Assembly: GCF_001194135.2 (NCBI RefSeq)
Contig: NC_068984.1
Location: 17,290,727 to 17,328,335, forward strand
DNA from: Octopus bimaculoides
Lineage: Eukaryota
Length of the DNA: 37,609 nucleotides
Direction: 5' to 3'
Shown: piece after piece, positions 1-10,568 of the stretch
Position numbering within the stretch: the first letter of the stretch is position 1
Layout: every line of letters starts with the position of its first letter
The notes under the pieces: model-generated
Databases searched by the model: none
What the model saw: the letters and a program-made list of their open reading frames with translations, nothing else
Told to the model about the DNA's origin: nothing
Translations under genes and position numbers: made by a program

Positions 1-359
1 GTGAGTGGATTTGATAGACAAAAACTGAAAGAAGGCTGCTGTATATATATATTATCTCCACCGATAATGGTGCTTACATACCGAAGGGCTTGGTAAAAAT
101 TATTAATTGTTGATTTATTAATGAATTAATAAATTGATAAACCTTTACCCTTTTAATTTATATATATATATATATATGTCTGCGTTTGTCCTCTCACCAT
201 TGCTTGACATCCGATGCTGGTGTGTTTATGTCCATGTAACTTAGCAGTTCAGTGAAAGAGACCAACAGAATAAGTAATAGGCTTACAAAGAATAAGTCTA
301 GGTGTTGTTTTTGCTCGACTAAAGGCGGTGCTCCAGCATGGTCACAGTCAAATGACTGA
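1..359 (+). mobile_element. SINE family A, 5' cut by window edge
   Basis: End of head GTGAGTGGATTTGATAGACAAAAACTGAAAGAAG, then the family tail (GCTTGACATCCGATGCTGGTGTGTTT...GCTCCAGCATGGTCACAGTCAAATGACTGA) matching the complete copy at 11939-12335. Confidence 0.8.
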
Positions 360-384
360 NNNNNNNNNNATATGTATGTATGTA

Positions 385-420
<36 letters not shown>

Positions 421-528
421 TGTGTGAGTGTGTATGCACTTACAACAATTCAGAAATTCACAGTGATGACACTGGAAAATTATAGGTTGGTTTTTCAATA
501 ACCAGACTTTGAGTACTTAATCTCTAAT

Positions 529-700
529 TTATATCACATCTATCCAATTCACTTCTCCTTCTTGTTCATTGTTGTCTTCTGTTTCCATAGTGAATTGCAG
601 TCTTTTCGAATCATGTTCTCTCAGCATCTTCATCCTTTGAACATGTTCAGCCCAGCTTCAATTCAATGATTTTATTGCACATGATCCAAGGGTCAAATGA
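529..700 (-). mobile_element. Decayed RTE-type LINE C-terminal fragment
   Basis: Minus-strand translation SWAEHVQRMKMLREHDSKR...VNWIDVI* resembles the RTE post-RT motif WAGHVxRM...WxDxI. Confidence 0.5.
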
Positions 701-933
701 ATGAAGCTATGGTCTGAGGATGCAATCCTTCATACATTATTACAGATGCGCATACACACACACACACGCGCACGCACGCACACACACACACACACACAGT
801 CATGTACAAATCTATAAGTCAGAAAAATATGCACTTCTATATTTGTCACAAGAGTAGGTATATTAATGAAAGTATAAAGTATTATAGGTCCATTCCAGCT
901 GATCTTACCAATTGGTTTTGGTAAGATCTACTG

Positions 934-1036
<103 letters not shown>

Positions 1037-1104
1037 TATATTGAAGAGCTTTATTGGTGAGATTTTTTCCCCCCAATTGGTGACTTATGGTAAAAAAAAT
1101 TAAA

Positions 1105-1374
1105 AAGAAGGAAAATGCCCAAAATATATATACTTTTTGTGAGATGAAATATTCACATAGTCAACTGGTTTCGCTTTTGCTAATCATGACAAAGGAATTA
1201 GTGAAAATATTACAATTTCCTGGTATAATAAGAAATTTTTAGTCCATGTTAGTAGCAGGAAAGTTCTTTCTAATTTCTTGACTAATTTCTTAGTCATGAT
1301 TAGCAAAAGCAAAACCAGTTGGCTGTGTAAATATTTTATCTCATAAAAAAAATATTCTGTGCATTTTCCTTCTT
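1105..1374. mobile_element. Foldback/MITE-like long inverted repeat
   Basis: Left arm AAGAAGGAAAATGC...CAACTGGTTTCGCTTTTGCTAATCATGAC...TTTCCTG is the imperfect reverse complement of right arm CAGGAAA...GTCATGATTAGCAAAAGCAAAACCAGTTG...GCATTTTCCTTCTT. Short spacer. Confidence 0.75.
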
Positions 1375-1394
1375 GATATATATATATTATATAT

Positions 1395-1740
1395 ATTTTG
1401 GTTTTAGCAATAATTTTCCTCTCTATCTGGGGGTTGCTTATCCTATCTTCTTTTAGTGTCCATATTATATTTGATAGGGATGTTGTGTCTTTTCTGTTTT
1501 TGTCTCTGAATGATGCAAGGTATTGCATATACCTTTCCTTGAACAAGTTTCCTATCATTCTAATATATGTCATTAGTATTTCATTGGGGTCTGTGACCTT
1601 GTCCTTGTATACGAATTCTTTCTCAAGACAGTTGTTGTTTAGAGGGCAGTGGTTTGGGGATCTGAAGTTGCACTGTCTTTCTGGGGTGTTTCCAGTATGT
1701 TTATGTTTATTGGGAGGACGGGGTACCAAATGTGAACTCT
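1395..1740 (-). mobile_element. Penelope-like element, GIY-YIG endonuclease fragment (degenerate)
   Basis: Translation QCNFRSPNHCPLNNNCLEKEFVYKDKVT...TYIRMIGNLFKERYMQYLASFR...TTSLSNIIWTLKE matches the PLE pattern CNCR..CPL..CL..VY.A.V..YIG.T..FK.RY..H..SF..T.LS.YIW.LK. YIG has decayed to YIR. Confidence 0.85.
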
Positions 1741-1985
1741 GCATTACTGAAAAATTAAATACATATATATATAGTAATTCCAAAGAAGAAGAACAAACAC
1801 AAAAGAACAACAATGTGAGGATGTGGTGCATGTAAAGTATTAGCAGATGCTCTGGGAAGGAAAGAAAGATGGTTTAACATTTTGAGCAGATGCTCTTCTT
1901 CAAAAACAGGAAAGTCCAATAGAAAGGAAGGCAGAGGAAGACAATTGCCGATGATTCACATGTGGTTACATTTTGAAATACACAT

Positions 1986-1988
<3 letters not shown>

Positions 1989-2070
<82 letters not shown>
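1989..2070. repeat. (CA)n microsatellite
   Basis: Near-pure CA run. Confidence 0.97.
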
Positions 2071-2379
2071 AACACAAGTGACAAGATGTAAACTAGTGAT
2101 ATAAACTTAGTCAAACCACACACTTTAATCTTCCTGATACTGACCCATCAGCGACCATTCATGGTTCTGTGACACAAATTTTTCATTTTGAAGTGACATA
2201 AATTAAAACCTTCCTTCAGAATGTCATTTTAATTCATGCTTTCAATTAATAACAAGTTGTTTTACTAAATTCTTTGATAAGTTCAAAATTAATTGAAACA
2301 AAGTGAAACAATATTTCCCATAGAAATATAGTGAGAAAACTGTTAAACAGTAAAACAATGGCATTAGATATGGTATGTC

Positions 2380-2724
2380 AGGTCAGCTGAAGTTTTTCTT
2401 TGGTAACCTTTTCATGACAAATGGGGAAAAGGTAGACCAGTGAAGAAACTACTGTATTTGATGGCATAAAAGATGCATGGTCATATTAGACATAATTTCA
2501 GTAGTACATATTCAGTTGGAAAGCTTTTTTGCATGAAAGTATGCAATATGGGCCCAACTTAGCATATAGGACCTGGGGTGACTTTTAAGACATTTTTCTA
2601 AAAAAGAAATGCCTCTTGTATGGCCTTAAATCTGGAACAATCAGTTTTTTGAAGACACAGTGTATACTATTGAAGAGCTTACAAATGCCATGAATGACAG
2701 AGAGGAATGAAGGACAAGCGTTTT
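2380..2724 (+). mobile_element. Decayed RTE-type LINE 3' end, probably interrupted
   Basis: EVFLW*PFHDKWGKGRP (~2386-2440) and EDTVYTIEELTNAMNDREE*R (2651-2713) resemble the RTE C-terminal LW.P..R..GRP and DT..EL..AM.DR..WR motifs. Confidence 0.45.
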
Positions 2725-4094
2725 AACTAACTATGTCAAATTTTTTTTTATCTCATATTAGCTATTGCTTTGAATCTATTCAATGCACTAGTTCAACAAG
2801 CTGTAAAACAGGTATGATGGAGAGGTATTGCTCAAAGTTATTAGTAACAGAGACACAACATAACTGACAAATGTTTCATAAGGTAACAGTTTTTGTTTTA
2901 AATTATTCCAAGGGTTAAAACTAGGGGGTGGAGGAGAAGACGTTCATTCTCTCAGTTTACCTAAAAACTATGTGAAAAACCTGAATTAAATTCCATCATA
3001 TTATGACAACTTCTGGTAACAGAGGTGGATAAAAAAAAGCAAAAAAAGCAAAAAAAAAACAAATGATAAATAATAGATTAAACCAGAGCTGAGTGTTTTT
3101 GATTGGTTACTTTCCATGTCATTGATCTGCTACATCACAACTGATTAAAACCATCCCATCCTTCCTACTTCCTCTAATGACCATGACGACGACGATGATA
3201 ACGATGATGATATTAATGATGGTGATGGTGGTGAGGATGATGATGATGATGATGGCAATAATGCTGATGAAGATGATGCTTACTGATGCTGATGCTGATG
3301 ATGATGATGAACAACAGTAGCAGTACCATCAGTTACATTGTTTGCAGAAATATTTTTTTTTACTGATTTCCTTGCATGAACACTGAATATAGTTTACACT
3401 TAGTTTAAAAGGTTTTTTTTTTGGTTTTTTGTTACTTTTACTTTTTCTCTAAATTGAATTCTAAATAATTTTTTTTTTGTTTGAATTCTTTTCATAAATC
3501 TTAAATTTTTCATGCTTGCTGAATGTAACACGATGTGCTGCACATGCACACGAAGAATATTAAAATGAGCACATTATGCTGCAGAGATAACTAAAAGCAG
3601 ACAATATATGCATACATGCATCAACCTTACTAAAAAAAAAAAAATAAAATAAACAAACTATTTTCTAATTTTCTCTTTCTCTTCACAGTTTTTAAGATTT
3701 TAAAAACTTCATATCATTGAATGTGTCACAGTGATATCAAACCATTAGGTCACCTTACTATTTCTGGGATCTCTAGAATGAAGTTGCATCGGTGCAGCTT
3801 CTCGTTGCCTATTCCAGTTTCTTAGGAAGATTTGAACTCAGCATAGCAAATTATATAGCAGTTATTTTGATTTAAAATCATACCAAATGTTACAAATCAG
3901 TGGTTTTATCTGGACAATGAAGTGTGACTCATTTTCCTTCACTATTTTTTTCTCTCTTCCCAGTTGAGGTTGCCATGTATCTTCTCTTCAGCAAGACACA
4001 TGTTCCTGTCCTTCTATTATACTTTAACCTCTCACCATCAGGCATAAAGCCACCTCTCTAATACTATTCCCTCCCTTAAGTGAAGGGGGATTTT

Positions 4095-4408
4095 GTATTG
4101 TGAACTTCTTGGTTATCGTGCTGGTGCCAGTGCTATGTAAAAAACACCCGGTACACACTGTAAAGTAGTTGGCATTAGGAAGAGTATCCAGCCATAGAAA
4201 CCATACTAAAGCAGACATTGGAGAATGGTGCAATCCTCTTGTTCATTGGCTCCTATCAAACCCTCTAACTCATGCCAGCATGGAAGATAGATGTTAAACA
4301 ATGATAATGGTGGTGATGATGACAACAATGATGATGACAACAATGATGATGACAACAATGATGATGACAACAATGATGATGACAACAATGATGATGACAA
4401 TGATGATA
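4095..4408 (+). mobile_element. SINE family B with expanded (GAT/GAC/AAC) tail
   Basis: GGCATTAGGAAGAGTATCCAGCC...CATGCCAGCATGGAAGATAGATGTTAAAC followed by a GAT-rich tail, shared with the other B copies. Confidence 0.8.
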
Positions 4409-5557
4409 TTGATGGTCCAGTTTCACAGCAAGATTTTGAACTTTACATGGCAATCTATATAACAGTTGTTTTGATCTTAAATTATTAAAAAATTTGAAAA
4501 TCTTTGGTTTTTATCTGGATGAATAAGTGTCACTCGTTTTGCCTAAAACTAGTCTAAGTTTAATTATTCTGTCACATACTCTTAGTACCTTAATTACTTT
4601 ATCCATTTAACTACCGACAATATACCTACTTCGCCCACCTATTCACTCCATTGCTGCTACTCACCAAGAAGACTTTGTATCTGTGTTCTTTGTCCATGAT
4701 GCATCTGGTTGAGGCTCCCCTCTCTTTTCTCTAGCATCCAGCACATATTTATTCTCCCTAACTCCAGCATCCGTAAAATCTCTCATACTTACCGTTTATC
4801 ATGCCAATGTTGATAGTGGTAGACCTGAAGTTTTGCACCTGATAAGAAATGAAGAATTTTTAATCAATGGTAGCTCTGATAGGTGGGTTGTCTGATGTCA
4901 ATTCTCTGCTACTGGAATGAAAAGAGTTGGAGCTTGTGCTACTATCTGAGAATGGACGAGAGATGTTCACACCTATTTCACCTCCTAACTGAACACCACA
5001 TTAACATGGCAAATGTTGTCCTGTATATGCAATTAAGAATTTTCAAATTCTCTTTCTCTCACACACACACAAACATACACACATGGTCACGTGTAGACAC
5101 ACACTTACACCCTCACACAGTAACACACATACACACATTTAATCAAGCATAAGGAAATATATCCTTGCAAATTACTTAGAGGCCCAAGTCGATTTCTAAA
5201 AGGTTTGTTGTGTGGAGAATTTGTCTTTTTCTCTATCAACTCATTACTACTGAATTATATCAATGTAATATTTATTTATATAAAAAAAAAGAAATCACTA
5301 AAGTAGGAATTGTTGCACAAATTATTATTCATTGAATTTTCCAGTATTGGGAAAGAAGTAGAAGTTAAAATGGTCTATCTGACACATTGTTATGATTCAG
5401 TGTTTAAGAAGAACTGGTTGAAAGTCAATAATATACACGTAACACTATACATTAAACACAACAACAACAACAACAATAAAAAAAAACTGTTAGAGTGGTA
5501 TTTTACTTGTACAAATATTCTACATTTCTGTATATTAGATGTAATGATATATAGGTT

Positions 5558-6190
5558 GCAGACGTAGCTGTGTGGTAAGAAGCTTGCTTCCCAACCAAAT
5601 GGTTCTGGGTTCAGTGTCACTGGGTGGTACTTTGGGCAAGTGTCGTTTACTATAGTCTCGCACTGACCAAAGCCTTGTGAGTGAATTTGGTAGGCAGGTA
5701 CTGAAAGAAACCTGTCATATATGTATATGTATGTATATGTATGTACCGCATGACTGGCCTTTGTGCCGGTGGCACGTAAAAGCACCCACTACACTCTTTG
5801 AGTGGTTGGTATTAGGAAGGGTCTCCAGCTGAAGAAACTGCCAGATCAAGATTAGAGCCTGGTGCAGCTATCCGGTTCGCCAGTCCTCAGTCAAATTGTC
5901 CAACCCATGCTAGCATGGAAAGCGGATGTTATACGATGATGATGATCATGATGATGATCATGATGATGATGATGTATGTGTGTGTGTGTGTGTGTGTGTG
6001 AATTTATGCCCCACCTCCATCATTTGACAACTGGTGTTTGTGTGTTTATGACACTATAACTTAGTGGGTTGGCAAAACAGACTGATGGAATAAGTATCAG
6101 GCCTTAAGAAGAAAATAAGTGCTGAGGTTGATTCTATAAGGCAGTGCTCCAGCATGGCCTCAATTTAATTGAAACAAGTAAAAAATAAAA
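5558..6190 (+). mobile_element. SINE family A (tRNA-like head, split by a nested SINE-B)
   Basis: Head GTAGCTGTGTGGTAAGAAGCTTGC...GGTTCAGTG (A/B-box-like) to 5718, tail from about 5995 to 6190. Confidence 0.8.
5745..5973 (+). mobile_element. SINE family B nested in SINE-A
   Basis: GGCACGTAAAAGCACCCACTACACTCT...CATGCTAGCATGGAAAGCGGATGTTATACGATGATGAT. Confidence 0.9.
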
Positions 6191-6244
6191 GTGGAAAGAT
6201 ATTAGAAGTAACGGTATAACAGAAAGATATATTCAGCTCATCGG

Positions 6245-6704
6245 AATAAGAGCCGTGGCTGGTGCCAGTGTCATGTGACTGGCCTGTAAAAAGCATGCTT
6301 TGGATGTTGGGTGATATGCTGTGTTTAAGAAACCTGCCAGCACCAGTGTTGCATAACTGGCACTCATCCTGGTGGCACATGAAAAATGCCATTTGAATGT
6401 TGGGCCTCATGGAGGCAGTGACAAATGACTGAGATCTTTGGTGATATACTGTGCTTGAAAAGACCTGTCAAGCCAAGTGAGACTGTAGTCATGGCTGATG
6501 CTAGTGCTACACAACTGGCACCTGTGCCGGTGGCACATAAAAAGCACCCACTGCACTCTTTGAGTGGTTGGCATTAGGAAGGGCATCCAGCTGTAGAAAT
6601 TCTGCCAAATCAGATTGGAACCTGGTGCAGCTCTCCAGCTTACCAGTCCTCAATCAAACCATTCAACTCATGCCAGCATGGAAAACAGATGTTAAGTGAT
6701 GATA

Positions 6705-6756
<52 letters not shown>
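6245..6756 (+). mobile_element. SINE family B, long form
   Basis: Internal repeated GTGCCAGTG/GGCACATAAAAAGCACC motifs, conserved 3' end and (GAT)n tail. Confidence 0.85.
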
Positions 6757-6757
<1 letters not shown>

Positions 6758-7057
6758 AAATTCTATGACAGACAATGACTAACTGAATTAGTCTGGATGA
6801 TTAGTGTCCATAATTTTTTATTTGTTGCTTTAAATTACTTCCTCTTTTGTAATTTCTTTGTTAATTATTTTCCTTAATTGCTGCAATAATTTAGCTTGTC
6901 AATGAGTCAGTTTGTTTGCCATCACCCTTCTATTAAAAGGTGCTGTTTAAACCCACTGCATTTGGTTAGATGGTTCTTGTGACCTGTAGTAAACCTTTCA
7001 TTGTGTCATAGTGAAAGTTGATGTCACATATGCATTCAAAGTAGTCACTTAGCCACG

Positions 7058-7223
7058 CAGGGCTGGCCCCAGAGTTGCTGGCACCCCGGGCAAGCTGAAC
7101 TTTGGTGTGTACAAGCTGATGGTCATGGAAATTTCCTTGTCTTTGTCACGCCCTCTTTGGTGCCCCCTAGCACATGGCATCACAGGTGACTGTCCAAGTT
7201 GCCGGTACCTTGAGCCAGCCATG
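7058..7223. mobile_element. Short non-autonomous hAT-like element
   Basis: Termini CAGGGCTGGC.../...GCCAGCCATG, degenerate 8-bp TSD TAGCCACG/TGGCCATG, GC-rich relative to background. Confidence 0.6.
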
Positions 7224-7429
7224 TGGCCATGGGTCAACTATGAAGAAGCAGACCTGTGATCAAACATATTCCTGTGAATGACCATGTTACCTTTCTCTTT
7301 TTGTATATTTTGGATTCCATGTTCAATAGGGTCTTCCTTTTGTAAGACAATCATCTATTTCTAGCAAATTGAGTGAGTGATTGAAGTTACCTGCAGTGCA
7401 TTCTTTTATCTACCTATCTGTCCATTCAT

Positions 7430-7456
7430 CCGTCTGTCTGTCTTATCTATCCATCC

Positions 7457-7528
<72 letters not shown>

Positions 7529-7767
7529 GTCTATCTACCTGCCTGGCTGCCTGTCTGTTTGCCTGTCTGTCCGTCCATCTGCCAGTCTGTCTTATCAATC
7601 TGTCTGCTTGTCTGTCTGTTTGTCTGTCTGTCCATCCATCCGTCTGTCTTATCTATCTGCCTGTCTGTTTATCTGTCTGTCTGTTTGTCTGTCTATCTAT
7701 CTATCTATCTGTCTATTTTATCTGTCTATCTACTGCCTGCCTGCCTGCCTCTCTGTCCGTCCATCTG

Positions 7768-7823
<56 letters not shown>

Positions 7824-7835
7824 GCTATCTATCTA
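7430..7835. repeat. Compound (ATCT)n/(GTCT)n tetranucleotide array
   Basis: Visible mixed ATCT/GTCT/GCCT units. Confidence 0.95.
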
Positions 7836-8245
7836 TTTTTTTTTTACATGAATTAGTCAGAAGAGGACAGTGCTCACGACTTTTACAAAGCCCACGATAC
7901 TGGTGGACAAAAATGAGGAAGTTTTCTTTAGACTGCAGCATATCTGACCTGAATGCTGGCAAATAGAGTGGGCTGCTTGAGTTTGTAGGTTGGTGTTATG
8001 TTAACACGTTGAAATATTAATTACCTTCAACAATGTCTATTTATAACACTAAACATTTTCACTACACATGGTATGTAATTTGCTAAATACATGATATGTG
8101 TTTGAATCAAGAAACGATGAATTGTTAAGGATAAAAGCTGAAATGTTTCTTATTCATTAGGACATAGTTGACAGTTACAACAAGACGAATCTTTTAAAGA
8201 GAAGGTTGCCGGATGAAAATTAACTCATCAAATGTTGCTTTATAG

Positions 8246-8915
8246 CTGTGCTTCTCAATCAGGGTTCACATGACTTTTGGGGATCCATGTAAGTTTTTGT
8301 TGCTAAAAATTATGTGCACGAAATTGCTTATACTTCTGCCTTACATGAAATGTTTTAATTTTTTTATGCAATTTCTAATAGTATTTAATCATAAAAATAT
8401 AATGTCACATAAAAAGCATTCAATCCACACTGTAAAGTGGTTGACATTTGGAAAGGCATTCAGCTGTAAAATCCTTGCCAAAAACTGACCTCACCTGTGT
8501 TTGTGCCATGTAAAAAGCACTCAGTCCACTCTGCTGGGTGTTTGGTGTTAGGAAGGGCATCCAGCCATAAAAACCCTGCCAAAACAGACACAGAAGTCTG
8601 GCGCAGGCTCCTGTCAAACAATCTGACCCATGCCAGCATGGATAGTGGGCGTTAAATAATGATGATAATGATGATGATAATAGAATTTCTTAAACATTGA
8701 ATTGCTGTGAGGGTCCCCTTGAGTAAAATAGGAATCAAAAGGGTCCATAGATAAAAAATGGTTGAGATCCACTGGTTTAAACAATGACAAATGAATAAAC
8801 AACATTAAGATTTGGTGTGAAACTAAGGTTTTATTTTGGTTATTTTTTAACTCATAGATTAGTTGGAAGAAGAAAAGCTGCCCTCTATGAGCTAAAAATT
8901 GGTTGAGAACCACTG
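8246..8915. mobile_element. hAT-Charlie-like non-autonomous element with two right termini
   Basis: Left end CTGTGCTTCTCAA at 8246; right ends GTTGAGATCCACTG (8774) and GTTGAGAACCACTG (8915), matching the Charlie-type TIR CAGTGGTTCTCAAC. Confidence 0.55.
8405..8678 (+). mobile_element. SINE family B nested in hAT element
   Basis: TTAGGAAGGGCATCCAGCC...CATGCCAGCATGGATAGTGGGCGTTAAATAATGATGAT. Confidence 0.8.
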
Positions 8916-9104
8916 GTTTAAAGAGACAAGTGAAAGTCCAAAGAAACCAAATGTTGGTCTGAAGAGTTCTAGAAAGTTCCATAAAATCCTTTAAGCATGC
9001 AAATTGAACTATTCTTTTTCTTGTGATTGTCCATCACAAACTGACATCACAGATGCTGGCTGGGATATTACCAAATATTTTATTATTATTTGTTAGTGGC
9101 AAGG

Positions 9105-9300
9105 TGGCTGAAGCATTAATGTATCAGTCAAAATGCTTTGCAGCATTTCTTCCAGCTCTTTACATTCTCAGTTCAATGACTACCAGGTGAGCTTTACTTT
9201 CCATCCTTTGAGGATTGATAAAATAAGTACCAGTTGTGCTCTGGGGTCCATGTAATTCACTATTTCTTTCTGCTCATATTATTAACCTTATGACAAAATT
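9105..9300 (+). mobile_element. SINE family C, degenerate
   Basis: TTCTCAGTTCAATG...CTTTCCATCCTTTGAGGATTGATAAAATAAGTACCAGTT. Confidence 0.6.
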
Positions 9301-9345
9301 TGAAGCAATTATTTACCAGTGGCAATTAACTTTTGGTCAATTTTC

Positions 9346-9912
9346 CTTTCTACTCTAGGCACAACGGCCAAAATTTCTGGGGAGGTGGGGCCAGTCAATT
9401 AGATCAACCCCAGTATGCAACTGGTACTTAATTTATCGACCCTGAAAGGATGAAAGGCAAAGTTGACATCAGTGGAATTTGAACTCAGAACGTAAAGACT
9501 TTTGGTCAATATTACCAAATATGGTAGTGTTATTCACCATAAAGTTTGCTTTCTGAACTTAAATGTTCCAAGTTCAAATTCCAAGGGCAGCTACGTAATA
9601 CAAGTTAATCCAGCTGATGGCTTAATGCTGTATTAATCCTCTTCTCATTAATATTTTGAATACTGTCTCCTTCAAACTTTGTGATTTTAATTGTTGGATG
9701 AATTGTTGCCATAATCTTTTCTACTCTAGGCACAAGGCCCGAAATTTTGGGGAGTGGGTGGGGGGCAGTTGATTAGATTGACCTCAGTACGCAACTGGTA
9801 CTTAATTTATTGACCCTGAAAGGATGAAAAGCAAAGTCGACCTCGGTGGAATTTGAACTCAGAACGTAATGGCAGATGAAATACCACTAAGCATTTTGCC
9901 TGGCGTGCTATC
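9346..9912 (-). mobile_element. Two SINE family C copies (9346-9498, 9716-9912)
   Basis: CTACTCTAGGCACAAGGCC...GGTACTTAATTTATCGACCCTGAAAGGATGAAAGGCAAAGTCGACCTCGG...ATTTGAACTCAGAACG, the reverse complement of the family body. Confidence 0.85.
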
Positions 9913-9916
9913 GTTT

Positions 9917-10147
9917 CTTATTTCTGTATTGCCCACAAGGGGCTGCACACAGAGGGGACAAACAAGGACAGACAAATGGATTAAGTTGATTACATTGACC
10001 CAGTGCATAACTGGTACTTATTTAATCAACCCTGAAAGGATGAAAGGCAAAGTCGACTTCGGCGGAATTTGAACTCAGAACGTAATAGCAGACGAAATAC
10101 TGCTAAGCATTTCGCCCGGCGTTCTAACGTTTCTTCCAGCTTGTCAC
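9917..10147 (-). mobile_element. SINE family C' (alternative 3' tail)
   Basis: Same head/body as C but the tail is CCCACAAGGGGCTGCACACAGAGGGGACAAACAAGGACAGAC. Confidence 0.88.
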
Positions 10148-10164
10148 CTTGAATTGCTGCAGTT

Positions 10165-10395
10165 ATCAACCCCTTCAACACCAACCTGCCTGAAACTGCT
10201 CCTGGTTCTATAATACAGACTTTCTGTTTTAAAGTGATCTGAATTAAAACCTTCTAATAAAATTTAATTAATCTGCATTCCAAACACAAGGTTACTAATG
10301 ACAATGTTATTTTTTATTAAATTTTCCATTATTTAAAACAAATTAATTGAAACAAAGGCAGTGTACTTCAATAGAAAATGGTAATGAAAGAGTTA
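10165..10395. mobile_element. Possible piggyBac-type non-autonomous element (related remnant at ~2140-2346)
   Basis: Begins ...CAACCCCTT, ends AAAGAGTTAA. Shares AATTAAAACCTTC and AAATTAATTGAAACAAAG blocks with 2140-2346. Confidence 0.35.
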
Positions 10396-10404
10396 AAGAA
10401 AACA

Positions 10405-10568
10405 GGTGCAGGTATAGCTGTATGGAAAGAAGCTTGGTTCCAAACCACATGGTTCAAGGTTCAATCCCACTGTGCGGTACCTTGGGCAGATGCCTTCTAC
10501 TATGGCCTCGGGCCAACCACAGCCTTGTGAGTGGATTTGGTAGATGGAAACCAAAAGAAGCCTGTTGA
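10405..10568 (+). mobile_element. SINE family A head (rest lost in gap)
   Basis: GGTATAGCTGTATGG...GGTTCAATCCCACTG...GTGAGTGGATTTGGTAGATGGAAAC. Confidence 0.85.

Noticed and set aside
4206-4488. Poly-His/Cys and Asn/Asp ORFs resembling metal-binding or acidic proteins
   Set aside because: They derive from the expanded (GAT) tail of a SINE-B and have no splice signals or unique sequence.
7377-7966. ORFs rich in LSIY/SVCL, and the many HT/CV/YI-repeat ORFs across the window
   Set aside because: They are translations of (ATCT)n, (CA)n, (TG)n and (TA)n microsatellites, with no domain features.
8960-8985. CTGAAGA...GAAA hammerhead-like spacing
   Set aside because: There is no helix II or helix I pairing, so it is a chance match.
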